Positions 28,719 to 42,691 of a DNA stretch of 64,000 nucleotides are shown one piece after another (the first letter of the stretch is position 1; every line of letters begins with the position of its first letter). The position numbers were made by a program, and so were the translations under genes. Under the pieces are notes generated by a model that was given only the letters and a program-made list of their open reading frames with translations, did not search any database and was not told where the DNA came from. The stretch is from Eledone cirrhosa (taxonomy: Eukaryota): the NCBI GenBank assembly GCA_964016885.1, contig OZ024741.1, positions 35,092,001-35,156,000 of the forward strand, in the 5' to 3' direction.

Positions 28719-30194
28719 GTCAACCACAGTATTGGGTTGGTAATATTTTATTGCCCTCGAAAGGATGAAAGGCAAAGTTGACCTCGGTCAGATTTGAGCT
28801 CAGAGAGCGCAGAAAACCGCAACGAATGTCGTAAAGCAAAGGTTCTCAAACGGCCATTTAATACCCTCAGCTACCCCAACCCCTATTTCCCGAGACCTGA
28901 CTACACGTAAATTGTAAATAATATACAAATAAAATCGTTAATTTATATATAATAATATAATAAATGGAAAAGAATGAAACGAAATTTCATTTCTCACTCT
29001 TAGTACGGCTTGATACCTAAATATAAGTATTTATACGTACATACATATGTGTATACAGATGTTCCTGTGTCAGTGTTGAACAAAAGGGCGACGGTGGTTG
29101 CCGAGCACTGTACGGCGTAATTCGGGATGTTTGTTTACAAACAAACCGAACATTATAATAAATGTTCGGTAAACCCATACGTACATATATATATGTGTGC
29201 TTGTATGTATATATATACATACTACTGTACGTCTGTACACATATATGTATGTACGTATAAATACTAATATAATAAATATTATGTATAAATAAATATTGCA
29301 TATTTTTAAATTTCATTATATTTATATTATATATTTCCGAGGTTGACTTTGCCTTTCATCCTTACGGGGTCGATGAAATAAAGTACCCCAGTAACGCACT
29401 GGGTAATTGCTGGCCTTGTGCCTAAAGTAGAAACAATTATATTTATATTATATATCATTTGATATTTGATAGACTATTATATCATATCTATCACCCCTAC
29501 CTCCTCTTTAGGCCCCAGTGCCCCCTGGACCCTCACAACCCCACTTTAAGGACCTCTACCTTAAAGCATTATTTCTGACGTTTAAAATAATAATATATAT
29601 CATTAAAGGAAGGCGATTAACGAAAACGAGGGTTGTGGAGAAAAAGAAAAAGTCAATAATGCTTTTTGTTGTCGTTCTTGTTTAACCCCAGGTCAACCCT
29701 GTTCAAAGGCATTCCAATCGCGACCATCTTGTCAATTTTTTTTCTTGAATCGTAGTATTTCTAGAACAGAGTTTTCTAGCTTTTTGATACTGGTGACATA
29801 CTGTTTAAAAATATAAGTTTTCCTGACACATTAAGCAACACGAAGTTAATAAATCAACAGTTAAATATTGTATTACGTGTCACTTACGTGTCTAATTGAG
29901 TTGTTGGGTCTCTAATATACTCCATAGCTAATATATTTCGTTAAGAAAATCAAGTTTGACTTAATTTCGTGACAAACCTAGAAATTATGAGCGACACACA
30001 AAAGTGTTGCGGGACAATCTGGAAACAACCTCTGATCTAGAATTACATTATCCAATGTGTCCTTATTTTTTAGACTGTAGGGTGTGATTTGGCTGCTATT
30101 TATAGAACGTCGAGGGTTACGTAACTGTTTCAACAATGGGACTCCTAGACCATTGTGCCTTCAACGTATATCGATATTAATTAGTTGAAATAAA

Positions 30195-31665
30195 GGTTTT
30201 TAATTTAGGCACAAGGCCAGAAATTTTGCGGGGAATGGAAAGTTGATTATATCAACCCTAGCATTTGACTGGTATTTCATTTTATCGACCTTAGAAGGTA
30301 AAGGACCGGAACAAAAGCCATAAAATTTCTTCTCCGACACTTTAGTTATCTGAAATAACAATTTTTAATTTATGCACAAGGACAGCAATTTGTGAGGAAG
30401 GGAAAGTTGATTGTATCCACCCCAGTTTATGACTGGTACTTTATTCTATCGAATCCGGAAGGATGAAAAGCAAAGTTTATCTCGGTGAGTTTGAACTCAA
30501 AACGTAAAGGGCCATAACTAAATAGCTAAAGTATTTTGTCCGACGTTTTAACGATTTTGCCAATTCATCGCCCTCCTCGTTATTATAATAATTGTTTCTA
30601 CTTTTGGCACAAGGCCAGCAATTACTCAGTACATTACTGGTACTTTATTTTATCGACCCCGTAAGGATGAAAGGCAAAGTTGACCTCGGCGGGATTTGAA
30701 CTCAGAATGGAAAGGGCCGTAACTCTATGTGTCAAAGCATGACGTCCGACCCTCTACCGATACTGCCAATCCACCACCCTATTATATAATAACAATCCTC
30801 GTTATTATAATAATAGTTATTATTTCTTGGGGAAATGGCAAAAGATTGGCAGTATCAGTAGAGCGTCGGACAACATGTTTTATGGCGTAGGGTTACGCCC
30901 CTTTACAATCTGAGTTCAAATCCTACCGAGGTTAGCGTTGCCTTTCATCCTTACGGGGTCGATAAAATAAAGTACCAGTAATGTACTGGGGTCGATTTAA
31001 TCGACTTTACCCTCCCCAAAATTATTGACCTTGTGCCAGTTCAAATCCCGACGGGTTAACTTTGCCTTTCATCCTTACGGGATCGATAAAATGAAGTACC
31101 AGTAACATACTGGGGTCAATTGAATCGACCTTCCCAGCCCCTTCAAATTGCTGGCCTTGTGTCTAAAGTAGAAATAATTATTTCTTGGAGTAAGGGCGGT
31201 GGATTTTCTGAGTCAGTAGAGCATCGGTCCAAATGCTTTGCTGTATTTAAATACGACTTTCTATGTTCTGAGTTCAATTCCTGCAAAGGTTAACTTTGCC
31301 TTTCATCCTTCCGAGGTTTGTAAAATAAAGTGGCAGATTTGTATATTATTCTATGTACTATACATGCACCTCTGATGAGTTGTAGTGCACCTGAGCACTG
31401 TACACAATAATTTTATTATTATTATTATAATTACTGGAATCGGTGGAATCAAATTTCCCCTTTCTACTGAAATAATTGTTTCTACGTTAGGCACAAGGCC
31501 AGCAATTACTCAGTGCATTACTGGTACTTTATTTTATAGACCCTGTAAGGATGAAAGGCAAAGTTAACCTCGGTGGGATTTGAACTCAGAATGGCAAGGG
31601 CCGTAACTCTATACGTCAAAGCATGGCGTCCGACCCTCTCCCCAATACTGCCAATCCACCGCCCT
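30195..31665. mobile_element. Cluster of about 7 SINE copies in both orientations
   Basis: Minus copies 30200-30780 and 31473-31664 (TSD tttctactgaaataat); plus copies 30836-31330. Confidence 0.85.
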
Positions 31666-31783
31666 TTCTACTGAAATAATGAACACAACATAAAAACATT
31701 GGTTTTACTATCTCACAGCTACATAAATGGGAGTTGGCGAGTTTCAGCATTGCAATATTTCATGGAAAATAGTTCATTTTGTT

Positions 31784-32002
31784 TTAATCCTTTAGCATTT
31801 AAACCGGCCATATCCGGCCAGAATTCTCTCACCTCTTTCTGTTTAAACCAGCCACTCATGCTGCTGTTAATGTATTGTTCTCAAAATGGGTAATATCAAA
31901 ATCTCACAGATTCGATATTATGTGAGATAATTATGTGAGGTAAAGTCTTTACCGTGAACATATATTAATATATAGAGAGTAATGTAAATGTTAAAGGGTT
32001 AA
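31784..32002. mobile_element. piggyBac-type MITE (similar ends at 34655-34858)
   Basis: TTAA-tccttt...aaaggg-TTAA. Confidence 0.5.
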
Positions 32003-32200
32003 GAAGGTCGGTTGAAAAGTTCATAGAATGACTATGAAGGAATGATGCTAGACTATGAAATCTTGCGTTCATTAATTTCAATTCTTCTTATTAATAACTG
32101 CATTGTTTCTTTCCAAGGACTATGTTGAAAAATAAACTTCGTTTGGTCATTCCATGAGAGTATCTTGGTCCGCCTATAAACTTTTCAGCTAACTCTCGTA
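32001..32200. mobile_element. Mariner-type MITE
   Basis: Imperfect TIRs ggttgaaaagttcatag / ctataaacttttcagct. Confidence 0.55.
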
Positions 32201-32719
32201 TATCTAAGTCAAAGGAGAAAGTGAAGCAGTCAGAGACGAACCTATATTTTAGGGGTCTTGAAGATTGAAATGTTATGGGGTCCTCTTTTCAAGGAGCGGC
32301 AGCAGGGTAACATCCAACAAGCCTCACTTTTAGGGGTCTCTGGAGCTGGAGCTGCATTAGTTTCATAGTAGATGGGCCAGTTGCAGCACCTATAACATTA
32401 TTACACGACCTGGTGGATTGGCAGTATCGGTAGAGGGTCGGACACCACGCTTTCCAGCATAGAGTTACGTCCCTTTGCGGTCTGAGTTTAAATCCCGCCG
32501 AGATTAACTTTGCCTTTCATCCTTATAAAGTACCAGTAATGCACTGGGATAATTGCTGGCCTTGTGCCAAAAGTAGAAACAATTATTACACGACCGACCT
32601 GCAGGATAAAATAAAGTACCAGTAATGCACTGGAATCGATTTAATCGACTTTCCCATCCCCTTCACATTGCTGACCTTGTGCCTATAAAAGAAACAATCA
32701 TTACTAACTGCAACATTTA

Positions 32720-33072
32720 TTATTTTTTTTTTTTAGATACAAAACTTTTAATGCTTAAAAAAAAAAAAAAAAGCAAGCCACAATAATTATTTATTTACAA
32801 TAGTTTATAACTTTGCCTATTAATCCGTATGGTGAGTAATGGGGTGCCACGTGCTGGCCTCCCGACAGCCTCAGCGGATAGGATGGAGAAGGCGTTTCCC
32901 CGGAGGATGGTAAGGGAGATGCGCTGGAAGAGCCATTCCTACTCGCGAGGCTCACACCTACGGCTGGCCAGCTCAGCGCCTATGGAGATGAATAGGGGGG
33001 TAGCCCTAGGGCCAAGGACACCAGAAGTCTCCACTGCCAAGGGCACGACCGCGAACCTGTCGGAGAGCGACC
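32720..33072 (-). mobile_element. CRE-like non-LTR retrotransposon 3' end (second copy 36414-36560 +)
   Basis: Reverse frame FAVVPLAVETSGVLGPRA...WLFQRISLTILRGNAFSIL. Confidence 0.7.
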
Positions 33073-33323
33073 GGTTTATTTACGTTAAAGTTACAAGTAA
33101 TAAACAAGAACCATAGGGATTTTTTAAATCTTTAATCATACGGGCGGAAATATTTTTCAGCCTGAAGCGTGTCTTTGCATCCGAGAGAAATATTACATGG
33201 CGAGACTAAATGCAGTGTTCTGAGACATTTCTTTACTTCTTGTTAGTTTGAAATAGATAGACTTGACATTTGCAGTACTTCGGCTAAGCCCGGATATCTC
33301 GAGTGTTGGAAGTCGCCACTGAC

Positions 33324-33354
<31 letters not shown>

Positions 33355-33423
33355 TGTATGTATGTATGTATGTATGTATGTATGTATGTATGTATGTATG
33401 TATGTATGTATGTATGTATGGAT

Positions 33424-33632
33424 GGATGGAGATCTCTCTGCACTTGTCATCACATGGTACCATGGGTCCAGCACTATGTGTCAATAATTGTCACAAGTGT
33501 AGTGTTTGTACCAGAGTTTTCAAGTCGCTGGCTGGACTAAAAAGTCACACTCGTTCAGCGCATCGGTAAAGGTTCTGCTACATGGATATAAAGTAGTGGC
33601 CGTACTCGAAAACGAGTTGGCAGCCACCATGT
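33424..33632 (+). mobile_element. RTE-derived 3' end fragment
   Basis: CHKCSVCTRVFKSLAGLKSH, (TATG)n flanks. Confidence 0.7.
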
Positions 33633-33673
33633 CTGTATGTATGTATACACACACACACACTCTCTCTCTCTCT

Positions 33674-33785
<112 letters not shown>

Positions 33786-34036
33786 TGTGTGTGTGTGTGT
33801 GTGTGTATACATACACAGAAATAAATCGTCGCAAAACGTGCGCACCCACCCACACACGACGAACCTGTCAGCATTGGTAAACTCGACTCGTTGAAGAATA
33901 CCCTCGGGAGATTTACCACTTAAATTTAATATCATGCGAAATGCTCTCTGAGTGTTGTATATGCAGCCAAACACTGTGTGTGCGTGTGTGTCTACACACA
34001 TATACATAGGTACATGCATACACACAGACATACATA

Positions 34037-34077
<41 letters not shown>

Positions 34078-34379
34078 ACATATATATATATATATATATA
34101 CAGACATATACATACGTACATGCATACACACACATACGCAAGCACATACACATATATACAGACATATACATATATGCTTCACACATACATACACACGCAC
34201 ACGCACACATGCACACACACACACACACTTATATATATATATATATAAAGAGAGAGAGAGAGAGAGAGAGAGAGTTAGAGAGAGAGATGTATGTATAAAT
34301 ATATGTATGTATGTATTATGTATGCATATATGTATGTATATGTTTGTATGTATATATGTATGTGGTCGGTAGCAGTCCT

Positions 34380-36100
34380 TCAGGGACGAGAATGAATGCC
34401 CCCCACATTTAACATTTATGGACCTACATGTAAACTATGTAGGTCAAGTCGTTTCTTGTCTCGCGGGAGATGAGATGTTGTGTTAGCCGCTAGAAGTTGC
34501 TATTTTTCTCATACGTTTATCACTGAAATGTTCAGTTCGGGCTGTGTCATAGTGTTCTGGGGCTCCACTATAGATGATCCATCTTCATTTGTGTTGCTTA
34601 TTCGTCCCCGATTCCCACTGGTATATATTGATGCCACCTTTTCCCAAATTTTCATTAACCCTTTCGTTTAAAATACACCACTTATGATTTGGAAATAATT
34701 TTGAAAAAATATTAAAAAAATACTAAAGTTTCTTATTATTATGCTGGTATTTGGAACTTAACTTTATGTAAGAACTTTTAAGTCATAATGGAAGGTTTTT
34801 GAATTTTAAAACAAGCAGATTTGTATCGTATAACCAATGTCGGATAGAAGGGTTTAAATGGTTGTGTCGTTAAACTGCTTCCTTTGACCTCCTCGTGTGT
34901 GCCTATTTTATTCAACTACGAGTAAAACAGTTGCTATGGCCAGCCAATCAAAACTCATATCATTTAATCATGGGTTCACAGCAAAATTTATTGACTACCG
35001 TGAGCACAGATATCCCTCCATTTTCTTTGCAACAAGATGTGCATAATTTTCCTCAGACATCATTAGACGTATATTTCCAGCTTAATGAAATGTCACTTAT
35101 GCCTTATTGAGATTTCAGTGACATACAAGGAAATAGGTACAACTGTCTTCTTATACACCATATGTTTGGTTGTCTCAGATCGTGATGTCCATACACTGCT
35201 TTTCTTAGACGACCAAAGTTTGCTTCAGTAAAATGACAGTTATTGTTCATAGTTTTTTTTTCTGTGAAGTCGCTTTAACTGTGGCGATTACTGATGTAGT
35301 GGTGGACTTAGCCATGGCACGGAGTCTGTCAAAGTTGAATATGCGATGTTATATCTGGATTCCGGGTGGAAGTTTTCTCAAAGTAAGCTTTAGCACGGCT
35401 GAAAGGAAGATTGAAAAAAGAGTATGGCAATTACAGACCTGTCAATCGTCCCCTTGCGACGGAAAGTTCTCCTACCCACTTCGGGGTGGGTGAGAGATAT
35501 CTTCTCTTGTGAAAATCGGTATAGCTTTCATTATGCAAAATCTCCCCATTTTGCCTCATTTCTCCCCATTTTGGGGCACTTTTTTTCATGGTACTCCCCG
35601 TTTGGGCTTTTAGAGTTTGACAGGTCTGTAATTATATATTCCTTTCTTACTCTAAATCGGTTATGGAAGACTGTCTTTGCACATCAGCTTAGTGTTATCA
35701 TGTAAAAGTTGTGTGAAGGTGATGAATAATTGTGGGTAGCAAACTTTGGCTACCACTTTCCACAAATCTTCACGATTTATGAAATCAGAGGTTTTGGTAA
35801 TGCCAAAGAAAGTCATGTGCAACAAGCTACGTTAGTTAAAACATTTCTCTCGTAGCTAGTGATTATAAATCATATCAATGAGGCCTTGGATGGTTGAAAA
35901 CTAGATCGATATTAGGATATGGGAGTCTCCGATATTGGAGGAAGTCGGTTGAGCAGATTTCTAGCCAGAATTTTTCCCGTAGTAGATAAAAACGAGATTC
36001 CCCTATATGTGCTAGGATCTGGTGGGTCCCCCTTCTTGAAGATGGTAATAAAGGCTGCATCCATGAGGTCAGCTGACATATCTTCTCGCAGAAATAATGC
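34380..36100 (-). pseudogene. Old RTE LINE RT relic
   Basis: Fragments IFKKGDP...YRGIS, GKILARNLLNRL, NREDLWKVV, FGRLRKAVY, RGGQRKQFNDT. Confidence 0.7.
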
Positions 36101-38214
36101 TTTGTTTTTAGTGTTTCATTCCCAAGTTTCTATATATCAGCCATTTATTTATTTATTGTTCTTTTTTTCTTTTGCAGGCAGGGGATTAGGAAACGGAACC
36201 AGCATTTAAATTTATATAATATCTTTTTCTGCATTTTATGAGTTTCAAGATTTTCATGATTTTTCGATTGTGTGTGTGTCTTTACCAAGAGTCTTGCAAC
36301 TAACTTTTAAATGACTTCAACACTCCGACCAATTTGCAAAAAGCCAATAAGCAAAGAAAAACGACAGTGATTCCTCTTGCTAAATAAACCAGCCAATGCC
36401 TATTGATTTCATAGTCGCTCTCCGATGGGTTTGCAGTCGAGCCCGCGACAGTGGAGACTTCTGGTGCCCTTGGCCCTAGGGCCACCTCCTTGGAAATGCT
36501 TTCTCTATTCTGTCCGCCGTGGCCGCTGGTCTGCCAGCACGTGGGCCCCCCATTTGCTCACAATAGTGAGAGATAGAGAGAATGGAAGAGACGGAGGCAG
36601 TGACAGTGGGAGTTTGGTTCTTTTGTGTTCGGACTTGGTGTATATATCTGTATATAAGAAAGAATGAGTCTTTCACTCTACCCTTTCATTCTATTATTTA
36701 TTTGTTAAATGAAAAACTTGTTTCTTTTCCTAAGTTTCACTGAAATGACGTCTAGCTTCATCTTTTGGAAAATCTGTCAAAATAAAATCTGCTTAACAAG
36801 ATCCTAACTTAAAACAAGTACTATGAAATCAAGTGTTTCACCAAATATGAGTAGATATATTGGGTATTCCATATATATGTCAATGATCGCACATAATTTT
36901 ACTATGGAATTCTCATTTGGACGATAGTCTACTGAAATTGGTAATGTTTTCTGTGGGTTCTAATTCCGCCATCCCTGTAGCTCCATCAACCTGTGTGCTA
37001 TCATCAGCTCCTAGGCCGAAAGTAGGTAATGGCAAGGTTTTAGCGGTTTCCACCTTAGAAGTAACCCTAACAATCTGAACTCCGTTTCCATCTTCTAAGG
37101 TCGAAGATAAGTAGCAAGTCTTGAAAGAGTCAATCTCTGGTGCAGCAGACGTCAAATGAAAAACAAACATCTAATTTCTGATATTGTAACGATTCTTCTT
37201 TTTCTCCATTTGCACATTATTTCATCTTCTTTCTATATTACCCAGATGGTTTCTTCTTATTACATAGCTCTTTCTTCATGGCATTCCTCATTAGAAAATA
37301 AAAACATATCTATTAGTTTTTCTAGACAATATTAACAATATACACGAGGAAACACACTCATAATAAAGCGGGTATTAACCTGCTATTAGTCTCTCATAAA
37401 TTATTTGCAGGAGTTTTATGAGATTGTTGTGCTGTGTAACGAAGCAATTATATAATATGTTCGTTTATACCAGGGTTTCCCAACCTGGGTGATATCGCCC
37501 AGCGGTGGGCGTGTTCAACATGTTGATTGGGCGATAAGCAACTGAACACAAAATGGTGGGCGATATAGGATTTTGAGTATTTAGAAAATATTTCAACATA
37601 TGCTACTGGAAAATATATTTAAATGAGATATGTAAAGAGATTGTTTAACAAAAAACAAACAAACAAACAAAAAACAGAATCCTAAACGGGAATAACTGGG
37701 TCACATTCCTAGATAACATGTAAACAACCCCACAAACAATAAATATTTTAGTATTTTCTATAGTTTTGAGATGGGTCATTAACATTCAAATAGTTCTTCG
37801 GACGAAATAACATTATTTTCTTTTGGATTGGCAGTATCGGTAGAGAGTCGGACACCATGCTTTGAAGCATAGAGTTACGTCCCTTTATGATCTGAGTTCA
37901 AATCCCGCCGAGGTTAACTTTGCCTTTCATCCTTACGGGGTCGATAAAATAAAGTACCAGTAATGTACTGGGTATTTGCTGGCCTTGTGCCTAAAAATAG
38001 AAACAATTATTTTCTTTTGTAAATCAGATAAGAGAAGACTAAGAATAACTTTGCCAGTAAAATTAAGAAGTGACTTCCGGATAAACTGACCAACGCCACC
38101 ACTACCGAGAGATCTCATACAATTGATACGGGTGATTACCACTAAGAACTTTGACGATACGCTGTAGACAGGAAGGCGGATGACAATCTTCTCTTCTTCG
38201 ACCACTTATTCCTG

Positions 38215-38600
38215 AGAGCGTCGTGGGGGCAGAGTCCTGAAATACTTCGTCCGGTGGATTCTGTCAGTTGATCTGACTGGATCCCCAACCGAGACCAGCC
38301 AAGTTCATGGATGTTCTACAACCATCTTGCTAGGGGTCGACCCCTAGATCTCCTACCTGTTGGTTTTTCCTGTAAAAATCTGCCCAGCGATTGTTTCCTG
38401 AGTCATTCTAACCACAAGCCCATAATATTGGAGCTGTGATCTCTCAATTCGGAGATGTAGCGGCTCTACGTAGTGCGACTCCCTAATCTCCGAGCTACGC
38501 ACTCTATCGATTAACGTTACTCCAAAGACCTTTCGGCGGAACCAAACCATTTCGGCCGCTCTTACTCGTGATCCTATTCTTTCGGATGACAATGCCAGAC
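38215..38600 (-). mobile_element. RTE-type LINE 3' fragment
   Basis: AAEM..FRRKVFGVTLIDRVRSSEIRE...IERSQL.YYG. Confidence 0.8.
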
Positions 38601-38690
38601 AAAATATGAGAATCCCAAGATGGGAATCAATCCCAAATTACGCTACAGGCTTATAGTTCTCTCTCCCCCCCTCTCTCTCTCTCTCTCTCT

Positions 38691-38761
<71 letters not shown>

Positions 38762-39614
38762 TCTCTCTCTCTCTTTGTAAAGAGTTCAATGCTCGAAGAA
38801 AAATTTAGTTTTTAGTTTCACCTTTCACTAGCTAGAAGGAGTTAGAGTGTAGATGCAGTGATTGACCGCTCGTTCTCTGCGTCGTTTGTATTTGGTAAGC
38901 TGTGTCAGCTTGCCTCGGCGCCGACCGTTCTATCTCGGTGTCTTTCAGCTTGATATGGCTATATGACTAAGCGAGGACACTTACGGCTAAAGATGATTAA
39001 TTTTAAAACCAATATCTTTGCACTAGCTGCATCGCACCAGACACAGGGGTCTCATTGATGATATATGAAAATGATATTGGTGTGCCAAAATAATTGATGT
39101 TTCTACTTTTTACATTACCTTCAATAAAGCATCTCGTAATGCAAACATTATATTGTTATGTAAGAGTTAAACAATTAGTAACGGCTTGTTACTGGTTCGT
39201 AAACTGACATCTTATGACGGTTATACATTTTATACTCCGGAAAAGTGCTTATCAGAAAATCTTCGCATATCACATTTAGGCTCTTAAATATTTACTATAC
39301 ATCAAAAACGGCTGGGAGCCCCTGATTTATACGAAAACAAACAATATCAGCACGCTTCATTCTGGGACAATGCTCCTTCGTGCATACTTAATATTACGAG
39401 AATTACACTTGCAATTACATCGTGGGATAATAATTTCAGTAATTGAAAAAAACCCCCGAAAAACTGTTTAATTCTCTTTATATTTTTCATTTATATCTTG
39501 GTATCAAATCTTTCTTCTCAGTTTTTATGATCTGGTAACTGTCACAGTTACACGATTAAATTTGTCACGAATATACATAACAGCTCAATGAAAAGAGATC
39601 GTTAAAATGGGCAC

Positions 39615-39955
39615 AGAATCCTCAAATACTCCTTCCAGTCGGTCCCGTCAGAAGCAACCGTCTCCAACCGATCCGTCTGGATCTCCAAGTGTGACCAGCC
39701 AAGCTCATGGATGTTATCCAACTATCTTGCCCGGGGCCTACCCCTGGGTCTCCTACCTGTTGGTTTTAGCCGTAAAATCTGTCCAACGATTCTTTCCTGA
39801 GACATTCTAACCACATACCCATAGTATCGGAGCTGTGATCTCTCAATTCGGAGAAATAGCGGCTCTACCTGGAGTGACTCCCTGATCTCTGAGCTACGCA
39901 TTCTATTGAGTAACATTACTCCAAAGACCCTTCGGAGGAATCCCATTTCGACCAA
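39615..39955 (-). mobile_element. RTE-type LINE 3' fragment, same family
   Basis: EMGFLRRVFGV...RPRGRPRAR. Confidence 0.8.
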
Positions 39956-39967
39956 TATATATATATA

Positions 39968-40003
<36 letters not shown>

Positions 40004-40046
40004 TAGAAGGTAAACGGGACGTAAACAAGGGACGAAAAGTATCCCT

Positions 40047-40109
40047 TCATCAGCTGTTTACTACAGATCATAGATGTTTCGGCGCTTAAAACAGAACATC
40101 GATCTGTAG
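40047..40109 (-). ncRNA. Non-circularly permuted hammerhead-like motif, second family
   Basis: ctacagatc-gatgt-T-ctgttt-taagcgcc-GAAA-catc-tat-gatctgtag-t-aaacag-CTGATGA. Confidence 0.7.
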
Positions 40110-40506
40110 CGCGCCCATCAAAAGGCCATGGGGGAAAGAAGTGATAGTGAAGAGAGAGGAAGAAGAAAAAAAAAGGAAAAGAGGAAAATATATATATATA
40201 TATATACATACATATATATGGATTCGCAATCGTGAGGTTGTAAGTTCTATTCCCGGACCGGGAGATGCGTAGTGTCCTTGAGCAAGACACTTTATTTCCC
40301 GTCGCCCCTTCTACCCGGAATTTCGGCTGATAGATAGTATTAGCAATTGGAAAGACCAACGGAAACATTGTTTCTTCGGTCCGAATTGACGAAAGTCAAT
40401 CGACTCCACTGGATCATGAAAGCAAAATTTTTTTTCGAGGAAATTATTGGATTTTTCCAAATTTTAAAGGTTTCTTAGGAACTTTCTATGTTTATTTTAG
40501 GTTTTG

Positions 40507-40564
40507 CCATCTGAAGAGCTCAGGCTATCATAATTGATAGTTTTCAGTGAAATATATATAACGG
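40507..40564 (+). ncRNA. Type I hammerhead motif
   Basis: ccat-CTGAAGA-gct..ctatca-taat-tgatag..agt-GAAA-tatata-TA-acgg. Confidence 0.65.
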
Positions 40565-40617
40565 AGCTCTAAAGAAACCTGAATCAACTGAATATGACCT
40601 TCGATCTTTTATTAATA

Positions 40618-40822
40618 TACTAGCTGAATTACCCGGCGTTGCCCGGGTTACTGCTGTTCTTATTCAGATTAGTAAACAATAAGTATGAAGATATGTTTTT
40701 TTTTTCTCATAATTGTTTCAAAATATCTATATTTTATTTTTAAAATATCAAAATCGTCAAGTATGAAATTTGTAGAAATTTGTAGAAATAAATTTCTACA
40801 AATTCCATACTTGACAACCCAA
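40618..40822 (+). mobile_element. Helentron/HINE-like terminus fragment
   Basis: tactagctgaattacccggcgttgcccgggt palindromic end; a possible 3'-type end lies at 57940-58240. Confidence 0.5.
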
Positions 40823-40847
40823 TATATATATATATATATTTCGTTAA

Positions 40848-41572
40848 GTCGTTTTGGAAGCCTCGACAATGCAGATGGGTAAATCTCCGGGTAACAAGAT
40901 CCGGTGGTGGAGAGAGAGATATAAGTGAGTGTACGTTTCTAGCGACAGAAAGAAACGTCGGCACATTACGAATAAAGGAAGCACTTTAGATCAAACGCCT
41001 AGGGCCACAAATAAACAACCGATCCGAGAGAAGCGAAATGAGGTGGTTGGTTTAAGTAAACAAACGATGCAGCAACACACGCACACACACACACACACAA
41101 GCGAGACAGCAACACACGCACACACACACACACACACACACAGTAGCATTCCACCATACGAACATACACTGCCAATACAGACGAACGAGGCAACAACACA
41201 CGCACACACACACTCAAGCGAGACAACAACACACGCACACACACACAGACACAGTAACATTCACCAAACAGGCAGAGAATACTATGGACTGATAGCTAAC
41301 GCCACCCCACTCCCACAATTGAAAGAACTATTTCGGCCGCCGACCTCTGCTTAACCGACCCCATTTAACTCGCACGCGCGCTCTGCTGAATACCTCAGAT
41401 ATTCAAAACAACGAACAGCGGAAGACACATTTCGCACCTTTCGACAGACCCCCCCCCCCCCCCCCGGAAAACCCCCCATCTCAGCGTACACTCACTTACA
41501 TCTCTCTCTCCACCACCGGATCTTGTTACCCGGAGATTTACCCATCTGCATTGTCGAGGCTTCCAAAACGAC
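40848..41572. mobile_element. MITE with 88-bp TIRs, flanked by TTAA
   Basis: 40848-40935 inverted to 41485-41572; TTAA at 40844 and 41573. Confidence 0.85.
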
Positions 41573-41621
41573 TTAAAGAAATATACTTTATTATTCACAA
41601 TGCTTCAAGCAAACTTCAATA

Positions 41622-41699
<78 letters not shown>

Positions 41700-41704
<5 letters not shown>

Positions 41705-42451
41705 GAGTTAAACAAGATTCAATGAGAACATCAAAGAATGAGTTTTACAGTAGATTGGAAGCACTCTACAGTAGATATTTTCCAGAGTTATTAATATTAA
41801 TTCAAATATTAACAAAATAGATATTCTTATGATCAATTAAATTTTATTATAAATATTTCAGAGGTACTGAATTAAGTTCAACAGTACGTCCTCATCAGAT
41901 AAAATAAAATGATACATGACATACCCTGACATGTTAGATGGTTAAGATTTAATCAAGGTAGTGATTAATTTATGAGAAAACTCAATATTTATGCCCTAAT
42001 ATTGAGAACATGATAAAACGTAATAGAATCAATAAAGAGAGTGCGAGTAAGAAAAACATTGCCTTAATGCAACAGTTAGAGAATTTTTGATATTTGAAAT
42101 ACTACTATAGAACTATGCGGTAGAGGAAAGTATAGAGGAAGACGTATCTGAAGTTATAACTTATTTAGTATTTAGCTTGAGAAGACAAATGACAGATAAT
42201 TAAAGAGAGGGAGAGACAAAGGGGAGTAATTTATGCTCAAATTTCTTTACACACACATATAGCTTTGGCGGTTAAATTTCAAAATATTTAATTTATGTTA
42301 TTTCAGGGTAAAGAATTAAAATTTTAGGTTTTAAAAGTTGATGGGTAATTTGTATTAATATTATAATATAATTATGTTAAATTTCTAAAATTCAAAATTT
42401 TATGAAGACAAATTTAAAGGATTTATTTTTTTTCATTCTGAAAATACCCTC

Positions 42452-42460
<9 letters not shown>
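41700..42460 (-). mobile_element. PLE terminal region with HHR (41842-41904)
   Basis: ttttat-CTGATGA-ggacgtactg...cagtacctct-GAAA-tattta-TA-ataaaa; family of 45966-49310. Confidence 0.75.
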
Positions 42461-42525
<65 letters not shown>

Positions 42526-42638
42526 TTTGAATTTTAGAAATTTAACATAATTATATTATAATATTAATACAAATTACCCATCAACTTTTAAAACCTAAAA
42601 TTTTAATATATATATATAATTTTAATATATATATATAA

Positions 42639-42691
<53 letters not shown>

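Noticed and set aside
31367-31410. CTGATGA as a hammerhead core
   Set aside because: No matching GAAA/stem III/stem I arrangement nearby.
36913-37330. Possible host exon
   Set aside because: No recognisable domain or supported splice structure; the upstream KKKPSG*YRKK only weakly resembles a decayed hAT transposase N-terminus.
37470-37570. hAT-like terminus cagggtttcccaacc (also near 28840, 29550 and 39045-39325)
   Set aside because: Partner TIR and 8-bp TSD could not be established.
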